Source of the DNA: Eledone cirrhosa
Lineage: Eukaryota
Assembly (NCBI GenBank): GCA_964016885.1
Contig: OZ024740.1
Coordinates: 332,506,001 to 332,570,000, forward strand
Reading direction: 5' to 3'
Length of the DNA stretch: 64,000 nt
Below, in pieces: positions 1-12,348 of this stretch. The position numbers and the translations under genes are program-made. Every line of letters starts with the position of its first letter. Positions within the stretch are counted from its first letter, which is position 1. The notes beneath the pieces are model-generated. The model had not been told where the DNA came from. It made no database searches and saw nothing but the letters and a program-made list of their open reading frames with translations.

Positions 1-77
<77 letters not shown>
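1..77. repeat. (TA)n microsatellite; representative of dozens of (TA)n, (CA)n, (GA)n and (TACA)n tracts in the window
   Basis: Pure dinucleotide run. Similar tracts at e.g. 785-892, 1960-2155, 10505-10613, 21915-22030, 47283-47540, 50627-50722 and 58075-58284. Confidence 0.99.
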
Positions 78-78
<1 letters not shown>

Positions 79-107
79 CATGTATTCATTTTCTACTAGC
101 ATTACAA

Positions 108-195
108 GGGGTCCGACGAGTCGCAGATTATAGAGTCGGGTAAGGTCGATACAGATCAAACCTTGAGCTGCACAGTGGCGAAACACACGTATTCA
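108..195 (+). ncRNA. Possible degenerate hammerhead-like motif in a short TA-flanked insert
   Basis: CCGACGA (U4C), GUCGC...GUGGC, GAAA, CACACG, UA, then AATAAA shortly after. Helix I does not pair convincingly. Confidence 0.3.
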
Positions 196-338
196 ACCAA
201 TAAAAGCAATGAAGGATTAACCAATCGTCCTTGTTATCTTTTCATTATAAAACACTCTGTCTATCTCTACGCCTCGACGCTACTAAACATCGAGTGCTCA
301 CCCGGGTGAACCTACAGTAACTCCAAGTTACACTCCCT

Positions 339-383
<45 letters not shown>

Positions 384-506
384 GGAGGTGAGTGTTATTG
401 TAGTACAATAAAGCAATGCAGATATCGGATAAGAAGCACTCTACAGTTTGTAGGACTGGAGTATACATAATATATAAGATCAAAAGATGGTTAAATGAGT
501 TCCATG

Positions 507-577
507 TATTTTATTATGCGCATTTCAAAAACAAATATCATCATGCAATAACATTTGTGTTTTCATCAGATAAAATA
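507..577 (-). ncRNA. Minimal type I hammerhead ribozyme (family E)
   Basis: Reverse complement of the motif at 684-754. Confidence 0.85.
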
Positions 578-683
578 GGAAGACATGATATGAAGGTTAA
601 AAACACTTGTGGATAGTGCAGTTTTAAATCAACATAAAACTGCACTATCCACAAGTATTTTTAACCTTCATATCATGTCTTCC

Positions 684-754
684 TATTTTATCTGATGAAA
701 ACACAAATGTTATTGCATGATGATATTTGTTTTTGAAATGCGCATAATAAAATA
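684..754 (+). ncRNA. Minimal type I hammerhead ribozyme (family E)
   Basis: Helix I UAUUUUAU/AUAAAAUA, core CUGAUGA, long helix II with GCAU loop, GAAA, palindromic helix III UGCGCA, cleavage triplet AUA. Confidence 0.88.
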
Positions 755-782
755 CATGGAACTCATTTAACCATCTTTTGAT

Positions 783-895
<113 letters not shown>

Positions 896-997
896 CATGG
901 AATGACTTCTAAAGAAATAGAACAGGACGTTTTAACTATATGTAATCCAATTTGTTTGTTTTTTTGTAGACTGAATAAGAAAATATATAACACTTAC

Positions 998-1165
998 TTG
1001 TTGAGGCGAGCTCGTAATTATTCTTTCTGGAGATTTGGCTGATCGTGGCGTCCAGCTCTAGTTTGAAGCGGTCCTGTTGTTTAGGATCCCGGTTGTGGCG
1101 GCCGATTGCATATCGAAAACCTGTATGGTATGGCACCACATACTTTTCCACTTCAAAAATAGCAC
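998..1165 (-). CDS. Internal exon of a probable ionotropic glutamate receptor (AMPA/kainate-like), start of the amino-terminal domain
   Basis: Acceptor tttacAG, donor GTAAGT, 168 bp, phase 1-1, open frame: (G)AIFEVEKYVVPYHTGFRYAIGRHNRDPKQQDRFKLELDATISQISRKNNYELAST. This fits the iGluR ATD pattern GAIF...FRYA...HN...F.L. Confidence 0.75.
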
Positions 1166-1977
1166 CTGTAAATATTGGAAAGACATGATTATGTTATTTG
1201 TCTAATATGCACTGGTTATAGAATACATAACTTGTATATCCTATATTTCTTAAACCACTTCCAAACAATACATACGTCACAAGACATGGAATTTTCATGG
1301 ATATGAACATCGTTTGACCTGGGTAATGCTCAATTAACATAACACCCACAAACTTGGATACCGTTTAGTTATTAATAACCTTTTTTTTCAATCGGACCAT
1401 TATGAACAGCAACCGATACTAGGATGAAGATATGGCTGTGACACTTGTTCTCAGTGTAAGGCTTATTTCTGAATCGATTAAATACTTCTAGGTTTATGAC
1501 AAAACCTATTCGTCGCTGCTATATGTGTCGGTGTATTGTATTCACTACATGCAAATCTGTCTGTACACATTTATGTATAATATAATTTGGTTACTCATAT
1601 ATACATGCACACACAGAATATCTTACGTATATGTATGTTTGCATGTATGTATGCATGTATGTATATATGTATGCGCGTGCAAACTCCTTAATGCTTCGTA
1701 CTTTAGCCAGGTTTATTTAACAAATCTATTTTCACGATCAAATCCTCTAAAGAGTTGATAATTAGCGGGAAGAAACTCTTTGTCATACTATCTTTATACG
1801 GTCATTCGAAATAAGTGACAATTGTGGTACGATTCCGCGATATAATTATAATTATATATATCTGAATGATGGTGATTATACTTTAATCTCTCTCTCTCTC
1901 TCCCTCTCTCTCTCTTTCACTGTCTCTCTCTCTCTCTCATGAGTATATACATATATATGTATGTGTATATATATATA

Positions 1978-2057
<80 letters not shown>

Positions 2058-2097
2058 GTGTGTGTATATATATATATGTATGTATATATATATATAC

Positions 2098-2147
<50 letters not shown>

Positions 2148-2155
2148 ATATATAT

Positions 2156-2334
2156 GAAAAAGTATGACCCCGACGGCAGAGCTCAAGCCGTTTCGACAGT
2201 CCAGAAATAGCCGTCGAAACGGCTTGAGCTCTGCCGTCGGGGTCATACTTTTTCCTATTACCCACTCTACTACCCTTAGTATTGATTACTCGGGTGCGTT
2301 ATGGTCCATCTGGTTCGTTAACACATCTCGTTCG

Positions 2335-2337
<3 letters not shown>
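2156..2337 (+). mobile_element. Family A short element (probable PLE 3' end) with 5' fold-back
   Basis: Palindrome 2156-2252 followed by a tail shared with 5663-5847, 6545-6645, 42262-42458 and 57935-58074. TA-flanked. Confidence 0.8.
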
Positions 2338-2377
<40 letters not shown>

Positions 2378-2382
<5 letters not shown>

Positions 2383-2462
2383 ATAATAATATATTTGAAG
2401 ACTAGAATCCAAAAAGGGCTCGATAAGGATAAATATATATCAAATATATAAGAACCGTAGAG

Positions 2463-2468
<6 letters not shown>
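2378..2468 (-). mobile_element. Extreme 3' terminus of PLE family D
   Basis: Matches 37510-37600, which is contiguous with the family D element. Also at 5955-6035, 34325-34420 and 42150-42205. Confidence 0.8.
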
Positions 2469-2527
<59 letters not shown>

Positions 2528-4392
2528 ACACACACACCCATACAAAAACATATATATATACATGAAAATACATACGTACATACATGCATATATGTTACAT
2601 AAATAAAAATAATTGAAAGTGTATATGAAAATAGCATTATCATTAAATATAAAGCGATATTATCATTTTATGGTGTTATCTAATTTTACTATTCCTGTTC
2701 ATGATCGTTTGAGTTACAACTCTTATTGGACCATTAATTTTTCTTTAAAATATTCCATCTAATTTTCGATATTTGTAAATCATGTCATGCCTGTTTGAAC
2801 GTATTTTCAAGACGTTGAATTTCACAGTAAACTTAGAATTGACTTCTATGAACGTGATAATAAACGAGCGGGAACATTAAAATAAAATTTCCATATTTAT
2901 CCATCATAAAATAACATTGTGATAAATGATGATACGCATGAGAATGATGGTAATATTTGTTTTAACTGCAAAGTTAGCGAAATTTTAAAATGGTATTTTA
3001 TGACTGTATCTCATTTGTATTTTATGTGAATTCTGTTTACTAGTAAAAATTATAGTGACTAATATATCAACCGGCATGTGGTCGCTAAGATATTTCCTGT
3101 TATTGCTATGATTTATCGAGAAAACTGGCACTTTCTTGAATAAAAACCAAACAAACCTTCTCACTCAAATTGCGTAACTAGAATAACAGTTTTAGGAGCG
3201 ACGAGTTTATTGATGCAAATGATTTGGTTATTTGCATTGCTGTCTTTAAGAAACCAATAAATCAATTAATATTTCACTTACTCAGGTGGAATAGGAAGTC
3301 AGATCAATAAACTAGTGACCGGCAAGCGTAACAAGAAGTTGGGAAAACAATCCAAACCGTAAAGTAAACTGCATAATGTGAACAAGTCAAATACAAACTA
3401 TGTGAGTGAACACTTCATATATTTGAGTAGGGAATTGTAGCAACGCAAGAAAAATATCAGATTCTTCAACTGTGTTTCTGTAACAAAATATCTTCATATT
3501 TAAAACAACGTCAAATATATTATTGTCATTATGAGCAGTGATTAGTACAATCATTGGTAAAATATGTTGACTATCTTCTTTTATTGGCAGATATATGTAA
3601 AACACGACAAATGATTGCACGTTTCTGTCTAGAATATTTTCCCCATATGAATACAAATATATTTACGTATAATCAAAACGGATATGTAATCTACAAATAG
3701 AATATTTAGTTTTAGTCAAGGTTTTGCCCTCTTTATTGTTTTACTACAATTACAATGTGTATGGAATCCATTGCATTTCTGTGCTCTGAATATGGGATTT
3801 AAACTTCACGTTATTTGATGTTATTGTATAGAACACGTGCGATAGAGTATCGGAGAAACGTTAGCCCGAAGGGATTTCTTTGAAGTAGCATTTTGATACT
3901 ACATTAGCAAATCTGATACAAGAAATAGCTGCATCAGCCCTCGTCTAGGGTTAGATATTGACAATGTTATTTATGTTCTGAACGAAGAAGACAAGACGAA
4001 ACAAGCGACGGATCGGTAGTAAAAGCATCAGAAGTAGCTTAAGAGATCAGATCAACAAATATTACGTAGTTAATGGCACCCAAGTCGAACATAACTGCTA
4101 AAGACATGCCGACTATAGGCAGGAAAGTTAGATTATATTGTCAGTATACGTATCAAATAGCTACTTTAAAAAGGAATGAATAGGCAACGTAGGATACACA
4201 GAAAATTATGCACAATGTATATCATTTTCGATATACTTAAATATATTTCAGTTCAAAAATACACATCAATCCATCTGTACATACATAGATACATACATAG
4301 ACACATACGTACTTGGATACATAGATACATACATACATACATACATACATACATACATACATACATACATACATACATACATACATACATGT

Positions 4393-4995
4393 GGTGGCTG
4401 CCAACTCGTTTTCGAGTACGGCCACTACTTTATATCCATGTAGGAGAACTCCTACTGATGCGCTAAACAAGTGTGACTTTCTAGTCCAGCCAGCGACCTG
4501 AAAACCCCGGCACAAACACTACACCCGTTACAATCACTGACACATAGTGCTAGGCCCATGGCGCCATGTGACGACAAGTGCAGAGAGATCTCCAGATATA
4601 AAGCAATGCCTGTGCCATGAAGCTTTTACGGTGAGCAAAGGCACTGCACAAAGCCAGTCCCACTCTCTTAACCAAGATGATATTTACCAAAAAGAAGAAC
4701 AAGTCAACATCATTGGATACCATCAGGGTTGCAGGTGATATATCAGAGTTTTCCTTCTCCTAGAATTTTGCCTTGACAAAGGCTAAGGGGTCATCTCTCC
4801 CAGTGATTTTGGATGACAATTGACTCTTAAGAGCTCCTTTGCCCTTTGACAGGTTTTGTTTTTAGTCCTGCAGGATGTCCAAGTCACCCTCCTCACCAAC
4901 AAACCTTGGTGGGGTTGCCAGTTTAGTCGCCAACGACCCGACCATGAGACAGGTTGTACTGGGATACATGTTACCAGTAGCACCAACTGGTGACC
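4393..4995 (-). mobile_element. Family B: ~600-bp non-autonomous RTE-derived retroposon
   Basis: Full-length match to 30086-30690. Contains the RTE 5'UTR-like block TCTAGGAGAAGGAAAAC. Has no ORF and ends GGCAGCCACC next to a microsatellite. Confidence 0.75.
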
Positions 4996-5634
4996 TGACA
5001 TACATACATACATACATACATACATACATACATACATACATACATACATACATACATACATACATGTTTGTGAAATTATAAAACCAGAAAAACATACATA
5101 CATACAGGCATCATTCCATCCAGTAATACGTAAGTTCATACGGGTATTCATCCACACAGGCATATATTACGTACATACGCACACGGGTACGTATATCTCC
5201 GGTAATTTTTGAAAATCATAAAAATGCAAACCTGTTATAGTTATTGTAAATAAATCCTCTTAAAAAGACTACAGATACATTTTCAATTACTTTTCTCTAT
5301 ATTCTTAACAGTATGGGATATATACACATATTTAGTGGCAAGTGTTTACGAGAAATACATAGATGAAGGAAAGCAAATCGCTATATGTAATGTATAGAGC
5401 CAAAATATATTATATGAATATGATCTCAACTTAAATGCAAGAACACACATTCTATTTTCGTAGTTATTTTCAGACAAAACCGAAATAGCCAAACGTAATT
5501 TCATGTATGAGATCTCGTCATATAAAGGTGAGGTAGTTATGTGACGATACATTTGGTATGTTTGCTACACACGTAAGCAGCTGATGTGTCTATAAGCTGC
5601 ATACATACATACATATATACAGGTCCGATTCCAT

Positions 5635-5662
<28 letters not shown>

Positions 5663-5666
<4 letters not shown>

Positions 5667-5842
5667 CGAAGTAAATGTGGTAAGGAACCAGGTGGACCAT
5701 AACGCACCAAAGTACTCAATACTTAGGGTAGTAGAGTGGGTAATAGGAACGAGTAGGACCCCGACGGCTGAGCTCAAGCCGTTTCGACGGCTAATTTCTC
5801 CGTCGAAACGGCTTGAGCTCAGCCGTCGGGGTCCTACTCGTT

Positions 5843-5847
<5 letters not shown>
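5663..5847 (-). mobile_element. Family A element with fold-back
   Basis: Inverted arms around GACGGCTAATTTCTCCGTC, with the shared family A tail. Confidence 0.8.
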
Positions 5848-5908
<61 letters not shown>

Positions 5909-6039
5909 AAAGTAAGGATATATATATATACACAGACACGGTTACATACGCACACGGTTCTTATATATTTGATATATATTTATCCTTATCGAGCCCTCTT
6001 TGGATTTTAGTCTTCAAATTTATTATTATTACTATATAT

Positions 6040-6232
6040 AGGGCGGTGAATTGGCAGTATCAGTAGAGGGTTGGATGCCATGCTTTCTAGCATAGTTACG
6101 CCCCTTTACGTTCTGAGTTCAAATCCCGCCGAGGTTAACTTTGCCTTTCATCCTTACGGGGGTCGATAAAATAAAGTACCAGTAATATACTGGTTAATTG
6201 CTGGCCTTGTGCCTAAAGTAGAAACAATTACT
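6040..6232 (+). mobile_element. tRNA-derived SINE (family C, octopus-type)
   Basis: A-box-like TGGCAGTATC, B-box GAGTTCAAATCC, central GCCTTTCATCCTTACGGGGGTCGATAAAATAAAGTACCAG, 3' end GTAGAAACAATTA. Nine copies or fragments in the window. Confidence 0.9.
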
Positions 6233-6275
6233 ATATATATATATATATATGCTTATATATATATATATATATATA

Positions 6276-6470
6276 TAGTGGTAGAACACTGGAAGGTAAT
6301 ATCCGTAGTGGAAGACCACACAATCCATGGGACGAGTTAGGTAGAAGTGGTTACACAACAATTAGTTCACCACACCGAGAACAATTGTTTCACCTTAGCG
6401 GATCCTCAGCTCGTCCCTTGGACTGACTGCTCTACCACAACGGATATTACCTTCCAACGTTCCACCACTA
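6276..6470 (-). mobile_element. ~195-bp element with ~60-bp imperfect terminal inverted repeats enclosing a hammerhead
   Basis: TAGTGGTAGAAC...GGGACGAG pairs with CTCGTCCC...GTTCCACCACTA. Embedded in (TA)n. Confidence 0.75.
6376..6413 (-). ncRNA. 38-nt minimal hammerhead ribozyme
   Basis: CGAG CUGAGGA U-CC-GCUAA-GG-U GAAA CAAUUG UU CUCG. Helix I CGAG/CUCG, palindromic helix III, GUU triplet. Confidence 0.85.
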
Positions 6471-6889
6471 TATATATATATATATATAATTATATATATA
6501 TATAATTATATATATATATATAATTATATATATATATATATAAAGTGTCAGGGTCCTGACTCTTTTCCTATTGCCCACTCTACTACCCTAAGTATCGAGT
6601 ACTCTGGTGCGTTATGGTCCATATAGTTCCTTATCACCTTCGTTATATATATATTCATGAAGAGTACAATTTGGCGGGATTTAGTCTCCCATTGCAACTC
6701 CTCTATTGGCTGGCCTGAATATATATCAGCTCTGACTTACCTCGTTTTTATTTAAAATTTTATTTGATATGAGTCGTGAAATTGATTAATTGTAGCATAC
6801 ATTCACACACACACACATACACTCAGATACAGACACACACGCACATATATATATATAAATATATATGTATATATATATTTATATATATA

Positions 6890-7126
6890 TCTTTGTTTAT
6901 TTTTATTTTTATTTTTATTTGTACTCCTTCCACCGTTTTTGCTCCCCCCCTTTTTTTCTAAATGTCTTTCCACCACTCCCCCACACACCCTCGGATCTCT
7001 CTTCCCATCCACTTTTCTCCTGAGAAGGGCTTATGTCCGAAACGCCCCCCCCCCCCACTCTCAAGACCGTGAAAGTAATAAACCTTTGTTTGTACTGCCT
7101 CTCTCTGTTTGTTCCCGTTCCAGTTT

Positions 7127-7130
<4 letters not shown>
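6890..7130 (+). mobile_element. 3'-end fragment of PLE family H
   Basis: Similar to the reverse complement of 23693-23935. Includes a decayed CTGAG-AAGGGCTTATGTCCGAAACG hammerhead remnant at 7020-7045. Confidence 0.7.
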
Positions 7131-7187
<57 letters not shown>

Positions 7188-7235
7188 CATTAAAATAACA
7201 GGATGCTGGACTGGCATACTTCCTTAAGGTTTATT

Positions 7236-7293
7236 ATACTATGAACATTTCAGTGACAGGGTTCAGTATGAATCCGGTGACATCATCAGGTAT
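7236..7293 (-). ncRNA. Minimal hammerhead ribozyme (family J)
   Basis: AUAC CUGAUGA U-GUCACCGGAUUC-AUACU-GAACCCUGUCAC-U GAAA UGUUCA UA GUAU, then AATAAA. Confidence 0.8.
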
Positions 7294-7829
7294 TCGAAAT
7301 TTAACAAAGGAATATAATCCATAGGGCTGAAAAGGCTGAGTGACAAGAAGCCGGCCACACATTTATCGGTTTCTAGTTCGGTCGTCCGTCCTCTAGTGAC
7401 AACTACCAATTTTTCTTATGTCTTTCTGGTGAAAGGGCCTAAGATTATAGTGTACTACTACCACCCCGTCACGAACAGAGGCAAGCGGTGGCATCAGGTT
7501 ACATTGAAGTTGGTCAGAAGTGCTAAAAAGTGCTGGAGAAATATATTTTTTCAAAAAACATATATCTTTAACAAAGCTAATCACAGTGGGCGCCTGTACA
7601 GTATATTTTTCATTGTAGGGTCAGAAATTACGATTAACGATTAGAAATGTAAAATTTAGACTTAAAATATGTCATTAAAGATGAAGTTAGAAAAGTAAGA
7701 TTTCGGTTTAAATTTGGGAGATTTAGTTAAAGAATGTACAGAAGGAGGCGTTTATGAAAAGGTTAAGTGTATTATTGATAGTCACGATAAAGTTTCAGTG
7801 TAGAATATAATGTCAAGACTAAGCCCATT

Positions 7830-8326
7830 TTTGGCTGTCAGTAACCAGTGACGTGCGGAATCCCAGCCCACCCGGGGCCCAATGGCGTGTCAACCGTTCT
7901 GAGTATTTTCGTCTACCGAAAGAAAGGGAAATTTATTTTCCGAGCACTCCAGGAATGTTAACTGTCTCAAGCGCCGGGGGTGCTAGCGGGAAGCCCGCAC
8001 CGTCGGCTGATCATCGTGTATACCAAACGATTCTTAGTTATTCACACTGGTGGGCGATTTAGTTAAAGGGCTAGTAGAAGGAGGTATGGTAAATATTAAA
8101 GTTATGATTAAGCCTAGAATTTAAAAGTACTGTTTGGCGGTCAATAACCGGTGGCACGGCGGATTCCAAGCCAGTCCAAGGGCGTAACAGCCGTTCAGAG
8201 TATGTTCGTTTACCGATTGAAGGGGAAATTTATTTTTCCAAGCACTCTAGGAAGGCTGATTGACTCGAGCGCCTGGCGTGTAATCGGGAAAGCCGCTACA
8301 TCAGTCGGATCATCGCGTGTACCAAA
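7830..8326. ncRNA. Two tandem copies of a putative ~200-nt structured RNA domain (7830-8027, 8133-8326)
   Basis: Nested complementary segments closing a GAGT/ACTC three-way junction. Pairing is retained in four diverged copies. Confidence 0.6.
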
Positions 8327-8847
8327 CGATTATTAGTTATTCACACCCGTGATGTGAAGTTTAAAACTGGCAAAATCTGATGAAATGGGTAGGAATACTA
8401 TATTTAGTCCCCAGTTAGCCCGGGTTATATGTAGTGTGATTCCTGAGTGCGTATGGGGAGTGATTAAATATAAACAGATATAAAGGGTACAGAGAATAAT
8501 ATTCTAGGGTCGTGTGCTAATTTTAGGTAACAGATGAGTTCAAGGATAAGTATATAAGGAGAGTAACGTGAATAAATACATAAATACAAACATAAAGATA
8601 TAAAACGCAGTCATACACAGGGTGGTAATTGTGGGAGTAAAAATGGAAGTAGATAAAAACATATCGAATGTATCAAAATACAGAAGAAATAAAATACATA
8701 TCAAGGTGTAGCAAATAAAACAATATATAACACGGTTGGAGATTACATGGTTATAAATATAGACATAGAGGATGAAAGAGTTGGAGTGGTATCAGGTGTT
8801 ACTTAGTGACACACACACACACCCACAACCAGACACACACACACACA

Positions 8848-8880
<33 letters not shown>

Positions 8881-8886
<6 letters not shown>

Positions 8887-9066
8887 ATATTAAATAAATG
8901 GAAACTATATTTATAAAACCATATTTAATTATATATTTCAAGGGTACCAAAAGACTTTGGTACGCTTTCTTCAGATAAATCACAAAATTTATTTTATAAA
9001 TAGAGACATACCCAGTAAAATCATACCTTATCAGTTGGATATTCTCTGGATAGTGGAAATCTAGAG
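8881..9066 (-). repeat. Dispersed repeat family K fragment
   Basis: Similar to 23172-23360 (AAATGGAAACTATATTTATAAAACCATATTT ... GGATAGTG(G)AAATC). Orientation inferred. Confidence 0.6.
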
Positions 9067-9099
9067 AGAGAGCGAGAGAGAGAGAGAGAGAGAGAGAAC

Positions 9100-9157
<58 letters not shown>

Positions 9158-9556
9158 GTATGACTAGAATTTTTATGACTGCCCAAATAGAATGGATCTG
9201 CATCTAAACAACAGCCGCATCGTTGTATATAATTATTGAACGATTTAGTTAACTCCTTCGTCAACGATATTATAACTCCATTATACCGCACGTCGATACT
9301 CTAATTTATGCACTTTTACTTCACGCATCTCGATATAATTTGAACGCAATAAAAGTCTAAAAACAAAATCTATCAATTGAGAGACTTAATTATGTGTTAG
9401 TGATTCTATGTTCATTATATCATTGCGTCGTAGATTAAGGAAATGTGTCAAAGAAATGGATTAATAACTTTGCGGAAGCTTAATTATTTAAAGCACGAGA
9501 TGAATTTAGCGAAAAAAAGCAAATACTCATGATCAGTTCTGATCTTTACGTATTAA

Positions 9557-9737
9557 TGATTGGCAGTATCGGTAGAGGGTAGGATATGCTTTCCAGCATA
9601 GTTACGTCCTTTTACGATCTGAGTTCAATTCCCGCCGATGTTTACTTTGCCTTTCATCCTTACGGGGTCGATAAAATAAAGTGCCAGTAATGTACTGGGA
9701 TAATTGCTGGCATTGTGCCAAAAGTAGAAACAATTAA
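9557..9737 (+). mobile_element. tRNA SINE family C, slightly 5'-truncated
   Basis: Matches 6040-6232. Confidence 0.88.
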
Positions 9738-10504
9738 TTAGGTTGACGAATGAATGCCTGGCAGGAATATCTGAGGTTCAAATTCCACAGAAAACACTTT
9801 CGCAGAGAAGTGACCGATATCAGCTCAAAATACTTGCAACATGTTAACTTTGTGAAACTCACGAAAGGACAATGTAGGGGTATTAAATCGGGGAGTTTTT
9901 ATTAGCTAATTAAGATCTACTGCCCAATTTGATAAAAAGATTTTGCTCTGGTTTGTGAAACTAAATATCCAATAAAATTCAATTTCCTTTAGGAAAACAT
10001 TAATTTACACTTTATAACGTATCTCAGAATATATATATATATATATATCGATTTTATAACTTTGAGTAGACTACATATCATCGATTTTAGTCGTCTTCAG
10101 TAATATCATTTTACTTATTTTATCGACACTTAACTGATAAAAACTGAAGATGATATGTGTGGATTTTGATCGAATACTGTACAGATATGAAATGAACTGT
10201 TTCAAAACTTTTCGACCGTTACAATATAGGTCCATAGTCGTAGGGGGAAACAAATATCAAATGGTAAGAGCATATTTGTAAGCTTCCTCTATATCTTTTA
10301 ATATAATTTTTAACTTCGAAATGTAATGATTTAAAACGAAGTCGGAATACTACACAGAAACAATATATCAAGGAATGCTTTTATTTCTGTCGGAATATAT
10401 GATAAACGGGAAACGAATTCTCTAAATATCGTCATTAAATTTCAGCTGTGCAATATATTATCAAAGAGACACACTAATATACTATATATCTATATATCTA
10501 TCTA

Positions 10505-10617
<113 letters not shown>

Positions 10618-12087
10618 CTATTGGTGCTGCGTGTGTTTGTGTGTGGTTGGGTGTGTATAGCGAACATTCACTAGGATTCATTTATATAAATCTCAACGGA
10701 ACTATTTACTATGTAATTTATATTATACATCTGCCTTTGTATCTCTAAAGAAAGAAAAATGATAATATCAATAGAGAGGTTTACATAGGCTTTGTATCTG
10801 AAAAAACATCTATCCTTTTTAGGATTCTATAGTAACACTATCATTTAAGAAAAGCTGCCGCATTTTAGAATTGAAAAATAGAAATACCCTACTGTAATAA
10901 GTCATATTTAATGGACAGTTTCATTCGGAATCTAGACATATTCTAAAGTAATACAGACGTACACTAATTGGTATTTCATCCCCATGTGGTCGTCATTTTC
11001 TTTAGCTAGACATTCCGGAAAAATTTGGAGAACTGATTAACATTTTCGTCAATATTAATCAGTTCTAGATGACATAACGCACACACACCCGTATGAATTT
11101 ATGTATTTATAAATATATATATATATTTATAAATATATATTAATACTCCTGACATCATATATCTACAAATGCATCTTCATCAATTAATTTTGAATGTTTT
11201 AATTCTAACTTTCACTGATATCAGGAAACTTTATCCTATAATAAATTATATTCTTGCAATATGTTGAATGAATCATAGATTGTAAAGTATATGTACAAAT
11301 ATGTGCATATATGTATACTTATACATGATGGCTGCATTTCGATTTCAAAAATTGCCATTACTTGCATATTTTCTCATATGTGAGTTGCACATATATGACC
11401 TTTTGGCACTACCAAGGCATCTTCCTCCGTTCTCCATACGCTGCAGCGAAAGTTAGAGAAAAGTCGGAAATAAGGAAACAAAACCTTTTCAGCTACGGTC
11501 AGCAATCTTCATGCACCACACACGAACGTCATTAATTATTAAGTGGTGCCTGTACCTGAAGGTCATTTAAGTAAAGAATGGCTTTGATCGGGCCCATTCC
11601 TAATCACTGAACAACAGTGACAGGAATAAGAAAATAACGAAAAACGCTAACATCATTGGTTCCCTTCGAATCACAGGTTTATATAAGTTTTCCATCTAGA
11701 ATTAAAGGCTTACAAGGAACAGGGGTCTCTCAAACGCACGCTCTCTCACTAAACCGAATATTTCTATGCACCTGCATTCAACAAACACACACACACATAT
11801 ATATATACATAGAGAAAACAATACAATTATAAAATCATGTATGTAGGCAAAATGTGAAAGAAAACGATAGATGTATAAAATGTTATATATTACTTTAAAG
11901 ATAAGTAAACGTGTAAAAATATAAGTGCTTAACTCCTCGTGTGCGGTTTTACGATTTACTCGGAAAATCCTCAAAGGAATACTTATTAAATGACATATAA
12001 TCATATACTATCCATTTAATATCTAACAAAGTGTTGCCTCGTTAATCTACACACATCCACGCACCTACACTCTCACACACAGAGAGA

Positions 12088-12196
<109 letters not shown>

Positions 12197-12314
12197 GCAG
12201 GTGCATAGACATATTCAGTTTAGTCAATATATATATAAACATTCGTATATATATACATATCTGTATCTTTATATTTATATATATATTTATATATATACAT
12301 GTATACATACGTAT

Positions 12315-12348
<34 letters not shown>

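Larger units (their letters stand above)
7190..8790 (-). mobile_element. Family J: ORF-less HHR-bearing element (long PLE 3'UTR/pLTR or non-autonomous derivative)
   Basis: Colinear but diverged similarity to 32230-34150. Hammerhead near the minus-strand 3' end and two ~300-bp tandem units. Confidence 0.7.

Noticed and set aside
3276-3380. Possible signal-peptide exon (minus-strand GTAAGT donor near 3281, ATG near 3374)
   Set aside because: All three frames hit stop codons before the donor.
7901-7949. Family J three-way junction as a type III hammerhead
   Set aside because: The topology is similar but the CUGANGA position reads CUUUCUU, CCUUCAA or AUAUCUU, and GAAA is not conserved.
11400-11520. 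Minus-strand LTFAAAYGERRKMP, resembling the end of a signal peptide
   Set aside because: No in-frame ATG, and no donor in the phase needed to join the 998-1165 exon.
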